The notes below the pieces were generated by a model that was given only the letters and a program-made list of their open reading frames with translations, ran no database searches and had not been told where the DNA came from. Positions 1 to 12,376 of a DNA stretch of 64,000 nucleotides are shown piece after piece. This DNA comes from the human T2T-CHM13v2.0 reference genome, Homo sapiens. A program made the translations under genes and the position numbers. The stretch lies in NCBI RefSeq assembly GCF_009914755.1, contig NC_060935.1; one strand, given 5' to 3'. Numbering within the stretch: position 1 is the stretch's first letter; the number at the start of each line of letters is the position of its first letter.

Positions 1-1211
1 CCCAAAAGCTTCCAGCACAATATGTGGCAGGAGATGGTCTCTCCATCTTTGCCTCTGCTCCTCTACCTGCTCTGGCGTTGTGATCCCTCAGGAAATCTGT
101 GAATGGATTAGCAACACTATTTTATTATTATTTCAAATAAGCCTGAGACAAGGATCCTGGGAGAACAGTGTGGGAACACTGGCCGGCAGAAGAAACAATG
201 AGGTGGCTCTAATCATCCCTGATAAAATCAGTGGAAGCAGTGGCTGCAGGAAACAGTGCATGGTATTGTCCTAGCCACATAAGCAGAAAAGTGTTACCCT
301 GGTACCCCAGACAGAATGGTTACTGTTTAATCAGCATACGCCACTGCCCATGTGCTGTCCTGGGGCAGAAGGCAGGAGAACGCACTCGGTGCACGCCTTC
401 AAAGCTGGCCCTGTGCAGGTTCGGGATGGCTGCCTGCCTCTGCACTAGACCACAGTTTTCCATTTGAATCTGTGGTTCCCACAGTGCCCCCACTCATCCA
501 CTTTCTTTCTTCCAAACCCAACAGGCATCTGACTGCTCTGATATATTTTTTATCCCTGCATGTGGGTCTTTCCCCCACTTCCCATTTTCATCCTGTGACT
601 GCTGATTTTAAAGTGTGTCTATTTCTCCCTTGCTCCATAAATGAGGATCAAAACAGAGAAGACCGTTATCCACTGCCCGCTAGCCCAGCCTGAGGGCCTG
701 AGGACCAAGAGACCCTGTGGACTGGGCTAAGTCTTCGTGAAGAGGGCCCCAGCAAAGCCTGATACTGGACTGAGAAGACACAGCTTCAAAGGGGAGAACT
801 CCAGCTCAGCACCTCCCTCTGTGGAGCAGGAGGATGGGACACAGTGCTGAAATGGGTGCAGCCCCAGGCTCCAAGGCAGTGGGCTGGCTGCAATCAATCC
901 CCATTTTCAAAGTGCTCATTCGAACTATGAAACATCAGCGCAGGCAGCACCTCAGGGGGTCATCTACTGCAGTCTTCTTTTGTAGAGAGGAAATTGGGGC
1001 TGAGAAAGTCCAGTGGCCACACAGCCAGTGATGCTTGCAAGAACAGAGTTGAGGGGAGCTGATTCCTAGGGCTCCTCTCACCAGGTCGTAAGCACTGACT
1101 CTGGGAACTAGAGATGATTCCTGTCCTCAAGTTAACTTTCTGATTATGGCGACAACAATGTAAAGACAGTTGTAGAAGTGGCCACTGAGAGAATAAATCC
1201 TTAAAATCTCA

Positions 1212-1508
1212 GGCTGGGCACAGTGGCTCACGCTTGTAATCCCAGCACTTTGGGAGGCCGAGGCGGGCGGACCACCTGAGGTCAGGAGTGCAATACCAGC
1301 CTGGCCAACATGGTGAAACCCCATATCTACTACAAAATTACAAAAGTTAGCCAGGCGTGGTGACGGGCCCCTGTAATCCCAGCTACTTGGGAGGCTGAGG
1401 CAGAAGAATCACTTTAACCCGGGAGGCAGAGGTTGCAGTGAGCTGAGATCACACCACTGCACTCCAGACTGGGTGACAGAGTGAAAGTATGTCTCAAAAA
1501 AAAAAAAA
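1212..1508 (+). mobile_element. AluS (Sx-like), full length
   Basis: GGCTGGGCACAGTGGCTCACG... two arms, A tail; TSD AAAATCTCA on both sides; TT/AAAA endonuclease site at 1201. Confidence 0.95.
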
Positions 1509-1549
1509 AAAATCTCAAATGACTCAGAGCCAATAATGCAAGCTGTAAG

Positions 1550-1727
1550 ATCGTTTTCCCCAACACTAGATATTAGGATTACCAGGGAAGCTTTTCAAAA
1601 ATATTAATATCTGATTTCCTACCCGGATCAACTACATCAGAATTCAGGGAAGCAGGGCCTGAGTGTCGTGGTTGTTTGTAAGCTTCCCCAGGTTGTCCTG
1701 ATATGCAGCCCAGGTTGAGAGCCATTG
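1550..1727. mobile_element. MER5-family hAT-Charlie MITE
   Basis: ...AAGCTTCCCCAGGTTGTCCTGATATGCAGCCCAGGTTGAGAGCCATTG end and central ACTACATCAGAATTC resemble MER5A/B. Confidence 0.7.
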
Positions 1728-2544
1728 CTCTGGGAGGTAGCAGAGAAAGAGTTTTTACTGTGTACAGTGGCCAGGAAAGGCTACTTGGAAGAAAATGTGC
1801 TTGGGCTGGGTTTGGGTACAAATCAGAGGAAGGTTATAGGCCTGGGTGCAGCCCAGGATTCTTCATTTCCATACTGCTGGTCTAGGAACCACATTTTGAG
1901 TGAAAAGACTAAGGACAAGAACCACTGGATGTCAATGTCTTCTTTCTCTGAGCCTTTATTTGCACTTTCTATGTAATGATCCAGGGTGGTTTCTGCCCTC
2001 AGTTTCCCAAATGGAGCAAGTTAGGCAGTTTTAGTGAGGGCCCCATGCCCTTGAAGAGGGACCTCTGCAAGCTCAGCAGCCATGGCCCTGGCTGACCTGC
2101 CTCCACACTGCAAGTCCAGCCCACAGGAATCATCTGGGCTGCCGCAGGCAATGCTCCCTCTGGCCTCATAAGGAACTGGCCCGAGCCTCCCAATCACTTG
2201 GAGGAGTGGGAAGAATGCAAGTAATTGTGAAAGGATCTGCCAAACGTCTTCTGCCCCGTGACTTTACACCACAGATCACATCTGCCTGTGTCAGCAGCCT
2301 TGTCCCTCCACGCCGGATGCAGCTGGGTGCGCACCAAACAGCAAGGAAAGCGCTGAAAACGACTCGAGTCAAGAATGAACACTTGCTGTGCCTCACCTCT
2401 TGCTCGGCTTGCCCCAGCACCTTCCAGACAAGAGGACGGGACAGAGCGACAGGGCCTGTGCTTCCCAACGTGCCACTCCTAACTTATGCTCAACCCTTTC
2501 TCTTTTTTTGATATATATAAGTTCGTTTTTTTTTTTAAATTTAA

Positions 2545-2612
2545 ATTACTACCATTTATTGAGTGCCTATGTGTCAGGCACAGTGCTGAAGCACTGTATT
2601 AATCTCCACAGC
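2545..2612 (-). mobile_element. MIR fragment (probably resumes at ~3130-3270 after the L1PA insertion)
   Basis: CCATTTATTGAGTGCCTATGTGTCAGGCACAGTGCTGAAGCAC; downstream AGAGAGGTTAACCAAGCTGCCCGAGGTCATAC core. Confidence 0.6.
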
Positions 2613-2616
2613 AATC

Positions 2617-3056
2617 TTTTTAAATTTTATGTTCTGGGATACATGTGCAGGACGTGCAGGTTTGTTACATTGGTAAACGTGTATCATGGTGGTTTGCTGC
2701 ACCTATCAATCCATCACCTAGGTATTAAGGCCCGGATGCATTAGCTATTTATCCTGATGCTCTCCCTCAACCCCCGTCCCACTGACAGGCCCCATTCTGT
2801 GATGTTCGCCTCCCTGTGTCCATATGTTCTCATTATTCAGCTTCCACTTGTAAGTGAGAACATGTGGTGTTTGGTTTTCTGTTCCAGTGTTAGTTTGCTG
2901 AGGATAATGGCTTCCAGCTTCTTCCATATTCCTGCAAAGGACATGATCTCATTCCACTTCGTGGCTACATAGTATTCCACGGGGTATATGTATCACATTT
3001 TCTTTATCCACTCTATCATTGATGGGCATTTGGGTTTATTCCATGTCTTTGCTAGT
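2617..3056 (-). mobile_element. L1PA (approx. PA7-PA10) 3' end, 5'-truncated
   Basis: GGGATACATGTGCAGGACGTGCAGGTTTGTTACAT...GTGAGAACATGTGGTGTTTGGTTTTCTG is the antisense L1PA 3' UTR/ORF2 end. Confidence 0.92.
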
Positions 3057-4289
3057 AAGCTCAGCCCTTCTGCAACTTGGCGGTGGTGGCAATGCTGTTC
3101 CATACTCACTCTGAGATTGTCTTGAAAATCCTCTCACACTTCCTATGACAACTCTCAATCAACCTTCTCCCACAGTTCTAAGTCGGGAGCTCCAATCTCA
3201 TTTCTGGGCAGAAACACTAAGTTCCAGAGAGGTTAACCAAGCTGCCCGAGGTCATACGGGTTGTTAGAAGGCATTGGCTTCTCTCCTCTCTAGCTAACCT
3301 GCTTAGGTAGCTGTTTCTGTTAGGTGGATCACTCATTTACTCTATGAGTACTCACTGAGTACCCTTTCTATGTAAGTCTCCATTTACTCCACGAGTTCTC
3401 ATTGATTACTCTTCCTTTGTGAGGCACCACCTCTGGGGTGTCTCTTCTTAAAGGCTTTGGGGGTCCTACCTCATGCCCACATCCACTCCCCTCACCAGGC
3501 ACATTACCCTAACCTTGGTGGTGCTCTGACTACTGGAAAAGTAGTGAGGCCATGTGGGGAAGTCTTTAAGTGGAGAGTTCTGCTACAGGCTTGCTTACCA
3601 TCTGACACTCCTAACACTGCAGGTGTGCGTCTCTACAGTCACCCAGCCTGTTCTGAGCTGGCCCTGGTAGGGAGTGCACTTCCTGACACACAAGTTTGAG
3701 CAGCCAATGAGCAGTGCCCAGGCTGCCCCTGGACCACCCAGGAGGCCCCTTGATTCAAGTCTCGCCATCACAGGCTGAGAAGAGCTGCTATCAGATTTTC
3801 AGAATACCATTTCTTTTGTATGCTACAGAGTAAACTTCCTGCAAGATGGAAGAGGGTATAGGGGAAAGTGCACTGCCCAGAAGTAATTAGAGCTCATTTC
3901 TGTACCTGATTCTGCCACAAGTTGCTGTGTGAGCCTGATTAAATCAGTTTACTTCCACACCCCAAGCCTTCTCATTTGTGATTCAAGCTGTTTGTCTTAA
4001 ATGGTCTTAAGGTTCCTTATGATGCAAATCGTTTGTGGGCATAGAATTAGCTTCCCCCTCTCTTGGGCTTTTCTTCATGCCCCAGCACTAAATACTTAAG
4101 GGACTGATATAAATGGAATCTGTACTTTAATAGCACTGCCTTTGTTCCTTTAATTGTGTCCTGCAGTGATTTAGGATAGCATGTGGTCAAGACCTTTGTG
4201 CCAACATAAAGCCTGCAAGCCAAGCAAGGTTGTTACCTTGACCCATTTACTACCTGACCTACACGTTACCATGGATGAACTCGTCATGC

Positions 4290-5472
4290 CTCCATGTAAT
4301 CATCTCCCTCACCTCTTTTAGTTGAAGTTCCCCAGAGCTGCATGTTGGACTCTCTTCTCTTCCCTTTCTGCATTCCTCTTCTGGTGATCACATGCAGCTT
4401 TGCAGCTTTACATGTCATTGATATGCCAGCCACATACACACACACACACACGCACACACACACACACACACTCCAATCTCATTACAAATCCAACTGCCTA
4501 CTCAACATGCCCCATAGCCATTTCAAGTTCAACACATCCAAAGGAAACTCCTGATCCCTCCCTAAAGCCCTGTTCCACCAATAGAACTCCATTGCGATTG
4601 GTGTCAACTTTATCCTTCCAATTGTACGGATCAAAGAATTTGGAGTCCTCCGTGAATCCACTCTCTCTCACCTGATTCTGCCATCCCGGTGGCCCTGCCT
4701 TCAGCTACAGCCATAATCTTCCACTATCATTTCCTCTGCAATCTCCCTGTTCCAAGCTACCTTCATCTGCTTGGACTGGGGCAGTATCTTCCTAACTGGT
4801 CTCTGCCTCTAAGCTTTAGCAACCAGAATGTTCTTTTAAACAAAGCGAGTCCTGCTACTCCTCTGCTAAAAATCTGAATGAGCTCCTCATCTAACTCAGA
4901 ATAAAAGCCGAACTTCTTACACAGGACCGCGTGGCTAACTGGGTACCCCAATAAGCTCCCTTATCCTTTAAAAACCTCTCTGCCCACATCTACTACTCTC
5001 TTCCCACTTGCTTACTCTGCTTGAGCCTCACTTGCCTCTTGACTGTTGCTTGAATAAGCCAGGCAGATTCACTCATGCCCTGAGGTCTTGCACCAGCCAG
5101 TCCTTCTGCCTGGAATGCCCTTTCCAAACTCCTTTACCCCTTTCACATCTCTGCCCAAGTGTGGCCTCCTTCAGTGAGGTCTGGCCAGACTGGCCTGTTT
5201 GTAATTGCGACTCTCTTCCCCATAATCCCATTCTCCATAGCCTGATGTACTTTTTTTTTTTGCTTTTTTCCATATTTCTTCAGTTGTTCTAACATACTAT
5301 AAAATTTATCTACATGCTATGTTTGTTGTGTATTATAAGATTTTCTCCACTAGTATGTAAGCTTCCTAAGGGCAGAACTCTTAGTCTGTTTTATTTGCTG
5401 TTGCACCCCAAAGTCCTAGAACAGTGCTTGACCCATGCCAGGTAGTTACTCTTCATTTGTTGAATGAATGAG
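4290..5472 (+). mobile_element. L2 3' portion
   Basis: CCAACTGCCTACTCAACAT..., CCTGGAATGCCCTTTCC, ends CCTAGAACAGTGCTTGAC...TTTGTTGAATGAATGA (L2 tail). Confidence 0.8.
4431..4471. repeat. (CA)n microsatellite, ~20 units, interrupted
   Basis: Direct reading. Confidence 0.95.
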
Positions 5473-5491
5473 TTAAAGAGCAATGGCCATG

Positions 5492-6479
5492 TCTGAAAAG
5501 ATAGGGACAAAAGAATCTCTTTTTCCTACTCTCACAGAGTCACTCAACACACTTTTGACACCAGATGTTGTGGGGTTGGGGGTTCCTCGCACACTAAGCA
5601 ATTTTCTGATGAACACCAGCTGGGTGTTCCAAGAGCATCAGATCCTGCAGGTTAAGAGCTTGGTTCCATAAGACTACTCCACTTCAGAGGCCATTAGAAA
5701 GCTCCAGGTTGTGATCTGTGTTTCTGACCAACCAGCAACAAATCAGGATTTGTCCCAAACCTACTTACCTGTGTTTGATTAGCGTTCTAGATTCCCACAC
5801 CTACCACCCAGTCTTTGATTGATTTACTAGAGCGGCTCACAAAACTCAGGGAAACACTTTGCTTACATTTTACCCACTTGTTATAAAACACGTTACAAAG
5901 GCTACAGATGAACAGCCAGATGGAAGGAATGAATGGAGTAAGGTATGGGGAAGAGGTACAGCCTCGGCACCATCCTCCAGGCATCTCCATGTCTTCAACA
6001 ATCCAGAAGCTCTCTGAATCCTGTCCTTTGGCTTTTTAATGGAAGCTTTCTTACATAGGCATGACTGATTACATTATTAGCCACTGGTGATTAGCTCAAC
6101 CTTCAGTCCCTCTCCCCTATTCCCAAATCTCAGGGGAACAACTGGAAGTCCCAACCTTCCAATCACATGTTTGGTTCCCCTGGCAACAAGATCACATCAT
6201 GAGTCCATCCAGGAGCCTACCAAAGAGTTGCCTCATTGGGACAAAAAGGTGTTCCTATCCTCCAGGATATTCTGAGGTATTTAGGATCTCTGTCAGACTA
6301 GCCTATCACTCAGGAAATTAGGAAGGTCTTAGGAGTTCCATGTCAGAAACCAGAGCCAAAGACCAAATATCAGAACAGAAGATTCTCCTAGGATCCCTAT
6401 CTACAAGGATATTAGCAGCTTTGTCCCAGGAACCAGGGCAGAGACCAATATATATTTCTTATTATATCACAATATCACA
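5492..6479 (-). mobile_element. MER21-family solo LTR
   Basis: Minus strand begins TGTGATATTGTGATATAATAAGAAATATATATTGGTC (MER21 5' end); internal CTAGAGCGGCTCACAAAACTCAGGGAAACAC; 5-bp TSD CCATG at 5487-5491 and 6480-6484. Confidence 0.88.
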
Positions 6480-7019
6480 CCATGTAAACCCATTTTCAAG
6501 AAGTCAATGAGCAACTAAATATGCCTTTATCCTGAAATTTGAGCACACTCTACAATTAAAACAAACCTTTCAAGGCATAAAGCTGAATTTCTTCTTATTG
6601 GACCTGCTGTCTGGAATTTATAAACCTAGAGGTAGCAATTCTCCCTGGGAGTAAACACAACAGAAGAATATGAAGAGAGATGCACCATGCCTCTGATAAT
6701 GTGAGAAGCCCCAAACATTTAAAAAAAAAATGGTTTCTCACACCTTTGACTCTATTTATAACATGGACATTGAGAAATGTGTGGGGTTATTAAAAGTTCA
6801 GATTTCACCAGCCCCATTCGTAATTTTTCTGACATTTAAATGACACAAACCAAATCTTCAGCACGACAAGAGTGTTACTGCTTAGATCACAGAGCACTGC
6901 CACTTTTCTCAACACTGCAATTTGGAGGTTGGCTTGGATTACTCCTTTCTTCCACTGCTTTACCCCCTGTCTCCTGTTTCCCAGCCAATCCCCAAACATC
7001 AGTGCATGTGGTTAATGCA

Positions 7020-7300
7020 ATTCTCATCCTTTAAAAACCCAACTCAAATGTCATCTCATCTGGGAAGCCTCCTTCATGAAACCTGGCAGAGCTAGTTTCT
7101 TCCTTCCTTGCGCTTCCATAGGATTGTTTATGCAAAAGACTGCAGAGGCAGTACATTGTGTTTTGTTAACGTGTTTACAGAATTGTGTCTCCCTGAGTGA
7201 AGCACTCAAGGAGAGTGGCCTTGTCTTAGACATCTCGCCATCCTGAGCCTCTAGTGCCTGGTAGAAAGTGAGTGCATAACTGATACCTGTTGCATAATGA
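7020..7300 (+). mobile_element. L2 3' fragment
   Basis: CAACTCAAATGTCATCTCATCTGGGAAGCCTCC and TAGTGCCTGGTAGAAAGTGAGTGC. Confidence 0.6.
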
Positions 7301-8847
7301 CCTTGTAGAATTAGTTGTTGCCTATGGAGCTTTGCAAGGAAGTAGCTTTTATCTAAACTAAATTTGGCATTTATAATGGTTCATGAAAAGATCTTAATTC
7401 ATGAGCTGCATTACAGAGATTAAGAGTTTAGCATCTAAAATTGTTGTTGTCAGGAACACAGCAGCAAAGAAATCGAGCCAGCAAGGTCAGTTGAATACAG
7501 GAAAAAAATCATGATTCAGTATCCCAAAGGGTCAGTCCCTACACACCAAGCCCCTCTAGGGCTGTGGAGAAGTCTGCCACAGAGAATTGGAGAGCAAATT
7601 ATGCAAGATAAAGAGACACTTCAAGGCTGGTCACGAAACGAAAACAAAGACACCCCAAAACTGTGGCAATGGTTCACATCGCCTGGCATCTGCAAGACCT
7701 TGGAGCTACAGCATTGTCAGTGTTTGCAGTAGGGATCATGAGAGGCTTTGATGCAATGAGGAACCAGTACAGGGGATACTGGTCACATAACCTTCACACA
7801 TGCCTTCTGCAGTGATTGTGTGCAAGGGAGGCGAGTTGGCTGCTCCCTAGTTTTGGAGCTTTGGAGACACTGACCTCTGGAATGTGGGCTTGATTCTTTA
7901 GCTCCTAAGTCTCTCCCAAAAGGGACTGAAGAGAGAGGGAAAAACCAAACACTCTTATTTCCTGTTTGCCAGCTCCATGTCAGCTTCCCATGTGTGCTCC
8001 CTTCCTCCTCGTCTGGAGTGCTTGGCATCTGCCGTTACTTAAATCATTGCAGGGAGATACAGGGTACTCTGAATGTCCTGCCAACGACCCCTTTAGGTTA
8101 GAAGTAACCTAAAGACTAAAGTCAAGAGTCCTTTTTTAAATATTTAGGACAATTCTCACTTTTTTATGGTAGGAGACTCCTTTCTTTTCAAATTGGCTCA
8201 GTACTCTTAATTGATCTCAAAACTCTATTGCCATAACTGTACGTAGGTCTGCACTGTTATTTATAACCCACTGATTTTAAATACTGCCTTTTAGTTTAGC
8301 TTTATGTTTTTGTCTATAGGAAATTTGTCTGAGCTGTCACTCTCACTCCTGTGTACCCTCAAGATAGTAGACTAAAATATTGAAGTCTACCCTAAGAAAG
8401 TTGCTGGAACCATTTGCCTGGTAAAAATCACATGCTCATTGAGAGAGTCAGTCCAGCTAAATTAATAATGCAGCTATGGTGCAAGCCTTCTCATATCTAA
8501 TTTATTCCAGATATACCACTCTAGAACAACCCTACTATTATACCCAATAGTGTTACTATCAAATATGTTCATCTTATTAGCCATCCCTAAAAAGTATTCA
8601 TTAAAGAGCATCTGGAAAAGAAGAAAAATTTGATGACTTGATTCACAGGTTCTGGATAAACTGAATTTCCAGGAAAACAGATAAGCTGAGAACCAGAAGC
8701 TCCTCACAGACTTGAACCAGAGCAGGTCAGAGGTGCAGTCCTGTAATACAAGAAGAGAAGGCCATCTTCCACCAGCTGGGAGGAAGGCAACTCTCTTCAG
8801 CTAGAGGGGTTGCTAGGATACTGCACTGACCATTTAAAATCACAGAG

Positions 8848-9059
8848 CAGTGGTTCTCAACCAGAAATGATTTTGCTCCCCAGGGGGCATTTGGCTGTGT
8901 CTAGAGACATCTTGGGCTGTCACAGCTCAAAAGGTGCCACTGGCATCTGGTGGCTGGAGGCCAGGGATGTTGCTAAACATCATACAATGCACAGGAAATT
9001 CACATAACAAAGAACTATTGTGCCTAAAACGTCAAGAGTGCCGGGGTTGAAAAGCCATG
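8848..9059 (+). mobile_element. MER20 hAT-Charlie MITE
   Basis: CAGTGGTTCTCAACCAGAAATGATTTTGCTCCCCAGGGGGCATTTGG...GAGGCCAGGGATGTTGCTAAACATC...GTTGAAAAGCCATG. Confidence 0.9.
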
Positions 9060-9559
9060 CCATAGGGATAATAGAAAAATCAAGTTCGAGAAGCTAATAC
9101 AAAACCATAACAATCAAGAACAGGAACAGTACTGAAGGGTGGACCAGCTTTATGAGCCAAACAGTGACTACGCCCCAGATAACCAACCAGGAATATGAGA
9201 AATACACAGAAGATGGATTGTAATGGGCTTGGGGTGCATCAAGAGGGAAAGGAAGTACCTTTACCACCAGTCCAGAAAAGCCCGAAACTCAAGTTAGAAA
9301 TTTGGGGAAACATGTCAAAAAATGTTTAATTTCCTCAAGGGTCAAGGCAGGGTCTCCAAGGGCTGGGGCTCCTGGATTCTGCCAAGAAGAGGAAAAAAAA
9401 AAAAAAAGTTTCTACTGATCTTAAAGATTTCCCAGTCCTCACAGCGCCATGAGTGAGTCCTAGTTCAACTTCGCAGAGTGAGCAGTTGAGCAAATAACAG
9501 ACCAGAAACTGATAAATGGAGTCTGGCGCTGGCTCCCATGCCTGCTCAACACAACGCCA

Positions 9560-9930
9560 GCCTCATCCTCCAACAACCAGAAGTAAGGACAGGTCTACGT
9601 GTGCAGGGCGCTTATCGGGAGAAACAACTGGGAGAGAAGCTGGGCAGGAGCCATGAGATCTGGGAGAGCTTGGGGACTGCGACCCCCGCAGAGGGAGAGC
9701 AAGGCTGGCAGCTGGTGGGTGGAGGCAGACAGCACAGTGCAGCTCTGGGGAAGGCTCTGAGGTACCTGGAGAGGCTTCGTGTCAGTCTCCATCAGAGGAG
9801 ACGCATCTCCCACCAGCAGACCTGACTTGATATCTCCACTGCGTTCTGTTATGGCCAGATAGTGGCTGAGAGAACGCGACCTTGGAGCCGTCACAGCCAG
9901 GGGCTTCGGAGAGCCACATCCGAGGCTTCT
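9560..9930 (-). mobile_element. Possible decayed ERVL-type LTR (LTR16-like)
   Basis: CACAGTGCAGCTCTGGGGAAGGCTCTG...CATCAGAGGAGAC loosely resembles LTR16; highly diverged. Confidence 0.35.
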
Positions 9931-10672
9931 AGTCAGTCACACTTCCCATAGCCAAAGATCTGGGGGGACACACTCACACCACCGCCGCCGGGGCTGGGGC
10001 TGGACTCCAGTCACTTCAGGACAAAAACTATGCTAAGGAGAGGCATCCACTCCCAGTTTTTCCGAGTTTTGCTCTTTTCTGTGTATCTCCATGAATGAGT
10101 TTTAATAATACCTCTTTTGAAAAATTCCAACTCTACCTTAGCTGAATTTCTCCTCAGGGGCAAGGGTGCTTTCCAGCCTAAACCAGGAAAGCTAAGGCCT
10201 CAGTGTCCCCAGGGTAGATGGTCCCTGGTGCAGAGCCGGTGCAGAGCCGGGACAGAGCGGGAGAAGGCGGAGAACCCTGGAGATGGAGAGTTACGAGCCA
10301 CGGGGATGGATGGTCCCTGTCCTTGGCCTTTTCTTCTCGCAAAGACTGTTTGCATTGATTTCCCTTCAGTGGTCTTTTTTATTTTTTATATAAACAACAG
10401 AATATTCTGGATGCAGGTCTGTATTCACTGATGTGTTACTCATTTTTACCACAAAGGTAGCATTGTTGAAGAACACTACAGCTGCCACAAGATGGGGTCT
10501 TCCGTAGCAACGGCATTGTACCCACATCCAGAGTGAGCTGTGGCCAAGGACACATCCCCACGCGAAGTCCCAGAGGGAGGCAGTCAGAGCCAAGCCATTA
10601 GACGCATCTTGCCAAGAATGATTTGACATTTCTGTCTGGACTCCATTCCCAGTCACGTGGCACGACTCTCTG

Positions 10673-10955
10673 CAATGGTCTCCAAAGAGGTGCTTGTCCT
10701 CAAGGGTCCTCTGAGTGATACACGGATGTGAAAGGAAGGAATATCAGAATTCCTACTTTTATCTATTTTTATCTTACTCTTTTTATCATTATATATAAGA
10801 AAAAATATGTGTAGTGATTATATATTTCTATACATGTGTAGTAGTAACCTATATACATCATTTATACATGCATAAATATATATTGCATGTGCATGCCTAA
10901 AATGGTTTTTGTAAAAACCACAGGAGCTCATAAACAAGAATTTGGGAGCCCACTG
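10673..10955. mobile_element. hAT-Charlie non-autonomous element
   Basis: Imperfect TIRs CAATGGTCTCCAAA ... TTTGGGAGCCCACTG around an AT-rich core. Confidence 0.55.
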
Positions 10956-11635
10956 ATAGTACAGCGGGTCTTAATTTTTTAATAGTGGAAAGTGATCGTG
11001 TACTGCTAGTGTAATAAAAGCGGAATTCCTCTGGTTGATAAAGGGCAACAGGGAGTCAGGGAGTGGGGGCAACTCCCCCATACTTACCGCTAGGGCGGTG
11101 GGGGTTTGGACTGTACAGACAGAAACCCAGGCATCAGGACAAGGAGCTGTGGGAAGCTATCTGAGAGGCATCATCTCAGGGGACAGAAAACTAATTGGAG
11201 CCAGGCTGACTCCTGGGCAAAGCCATCGGTGCCAGGGTCCAAGCAGCAGTGAGCAGCGCCAGGCCACAGAGCTGAATGGAGGGACACATCTCAGCAAGAA
11301 CAAGGTGTTTCTGAAGAAGGGAGGTGAGAACTGGAGGAGTTTTCTGAGCCAGAGTGAGTGAATGAGTAACCACAGCCGCTCTTTCAGGGGGTACTCGTGA
11401 CCACTGTGTGTGCAGAGTGGGAACAGTCAAGGCTGTGCACCTTGCTGAGCACCAGGCACAGAATGGGCAAGGAGGATGACTGGGGTCCTAAATTTCTCCA
11501 TTTCTGACACCCAGGAAGCAGTCTCTTTCTCTAGCACTGCCAGTTCCGAGGAGGAGTCCCATGGCACTTCTGCCTCTCATATTACAGAGAGACAGCCTCC
11601 AAAAGACCCCTCATAAGCAAAAAAAGGTTCACGAG

Positions 11636-12120
11636 AGGAGTGTGGTGTGCATATGTATGTGTGGTGTGTGTGGAGAAGAGTGTGCATGTGTCACGTGTAT
11701 GGGTGGTGTGTGTGGATATAGGCAAGGTATGTATGTGTGTAATGTGTATGGAAGCGTGTATAAGTGTGTGGGGGGGTGTGTTTGTGCTCATATGGGTGGG
11801 TGGTGTGCAGGCATGGTGTGTGGATATAAGCAAAGTATGTATGTGTGTAATGTGTATGGAAGCGTGTATAAGTGTGTGTGTGTGGGTGTGTTTGTGCTCA
11901 TATGGGTGGGTGGTGTGCAGGCATGGTGTGTGTAAATAAGTGTGTGTGTGCATAGGGATGTGCATGGATGGGTTTGTGTGTAAGTGTGGGCAGGTATGGG
12001 TATTTGTGTGTATAAGTGTGTGCATGGATGTTTGTGTATAAGTGTGTGCGGGTGTGGGTGTGTATGCAAGTGTGTGTGAGTGTGTGCATATAAATTTGCA
12101 TGCACAAGTGTGTGTGTGCC
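11636..12120. repeat. GT-rich low-complexity tract containing a ~108-bp tandem duplication
   Basis: TGGATATA(G/A)GCAA...GCAGGCATGGTGTG starts at 11713 and again at 11821. Confidence 0.9.
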
Positions 12121-12130
12121 TATGGCTGGG

Positions 12131-12376
12131 CAGTGTGCAGGTGCTGGTGTGTGTGGGGCTGTGGCGTGGGCAGTGGCAGGTGCTGGTGTGTGTGGGGCTG
12201 TGGCGTGGGCAGTGGCAGGTGCTGGTGTGTGTGGGGCTGTGGCGTGGGCAGTGGCAGGTGCTGGTGTGTGTGGGGCTGTGGCGTGGACAGTGGCAGGTCC
12301 TGGTGTGTTGGGGGCTGGGCTGTGAACAGTGGCAGGTCCTGGTGTGTTGGGGGCTGGGCTGTGAACAGTGGCAGGT
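12131..12376. repeat. 39-bp minisatellite, ~6.3 copies
   Basis: Unit CAGTGGCAGGTGCTGGTGTGTGTGGGGCTGTGGCGTGGG at 12131, 12171, 12210, 12249; variant CAGTGGCAGGTCCTGGTGTGTTGGGGGCTGGGCTGTGAA at 12288, 12327. Confidence 0.95.

Noticed and set aside
12131-12376. CRISPR-like regular repeats
   Set aside because: Head-to-tail units without unique spacers in primate DNA; the same applies to the 39.4-kb array.
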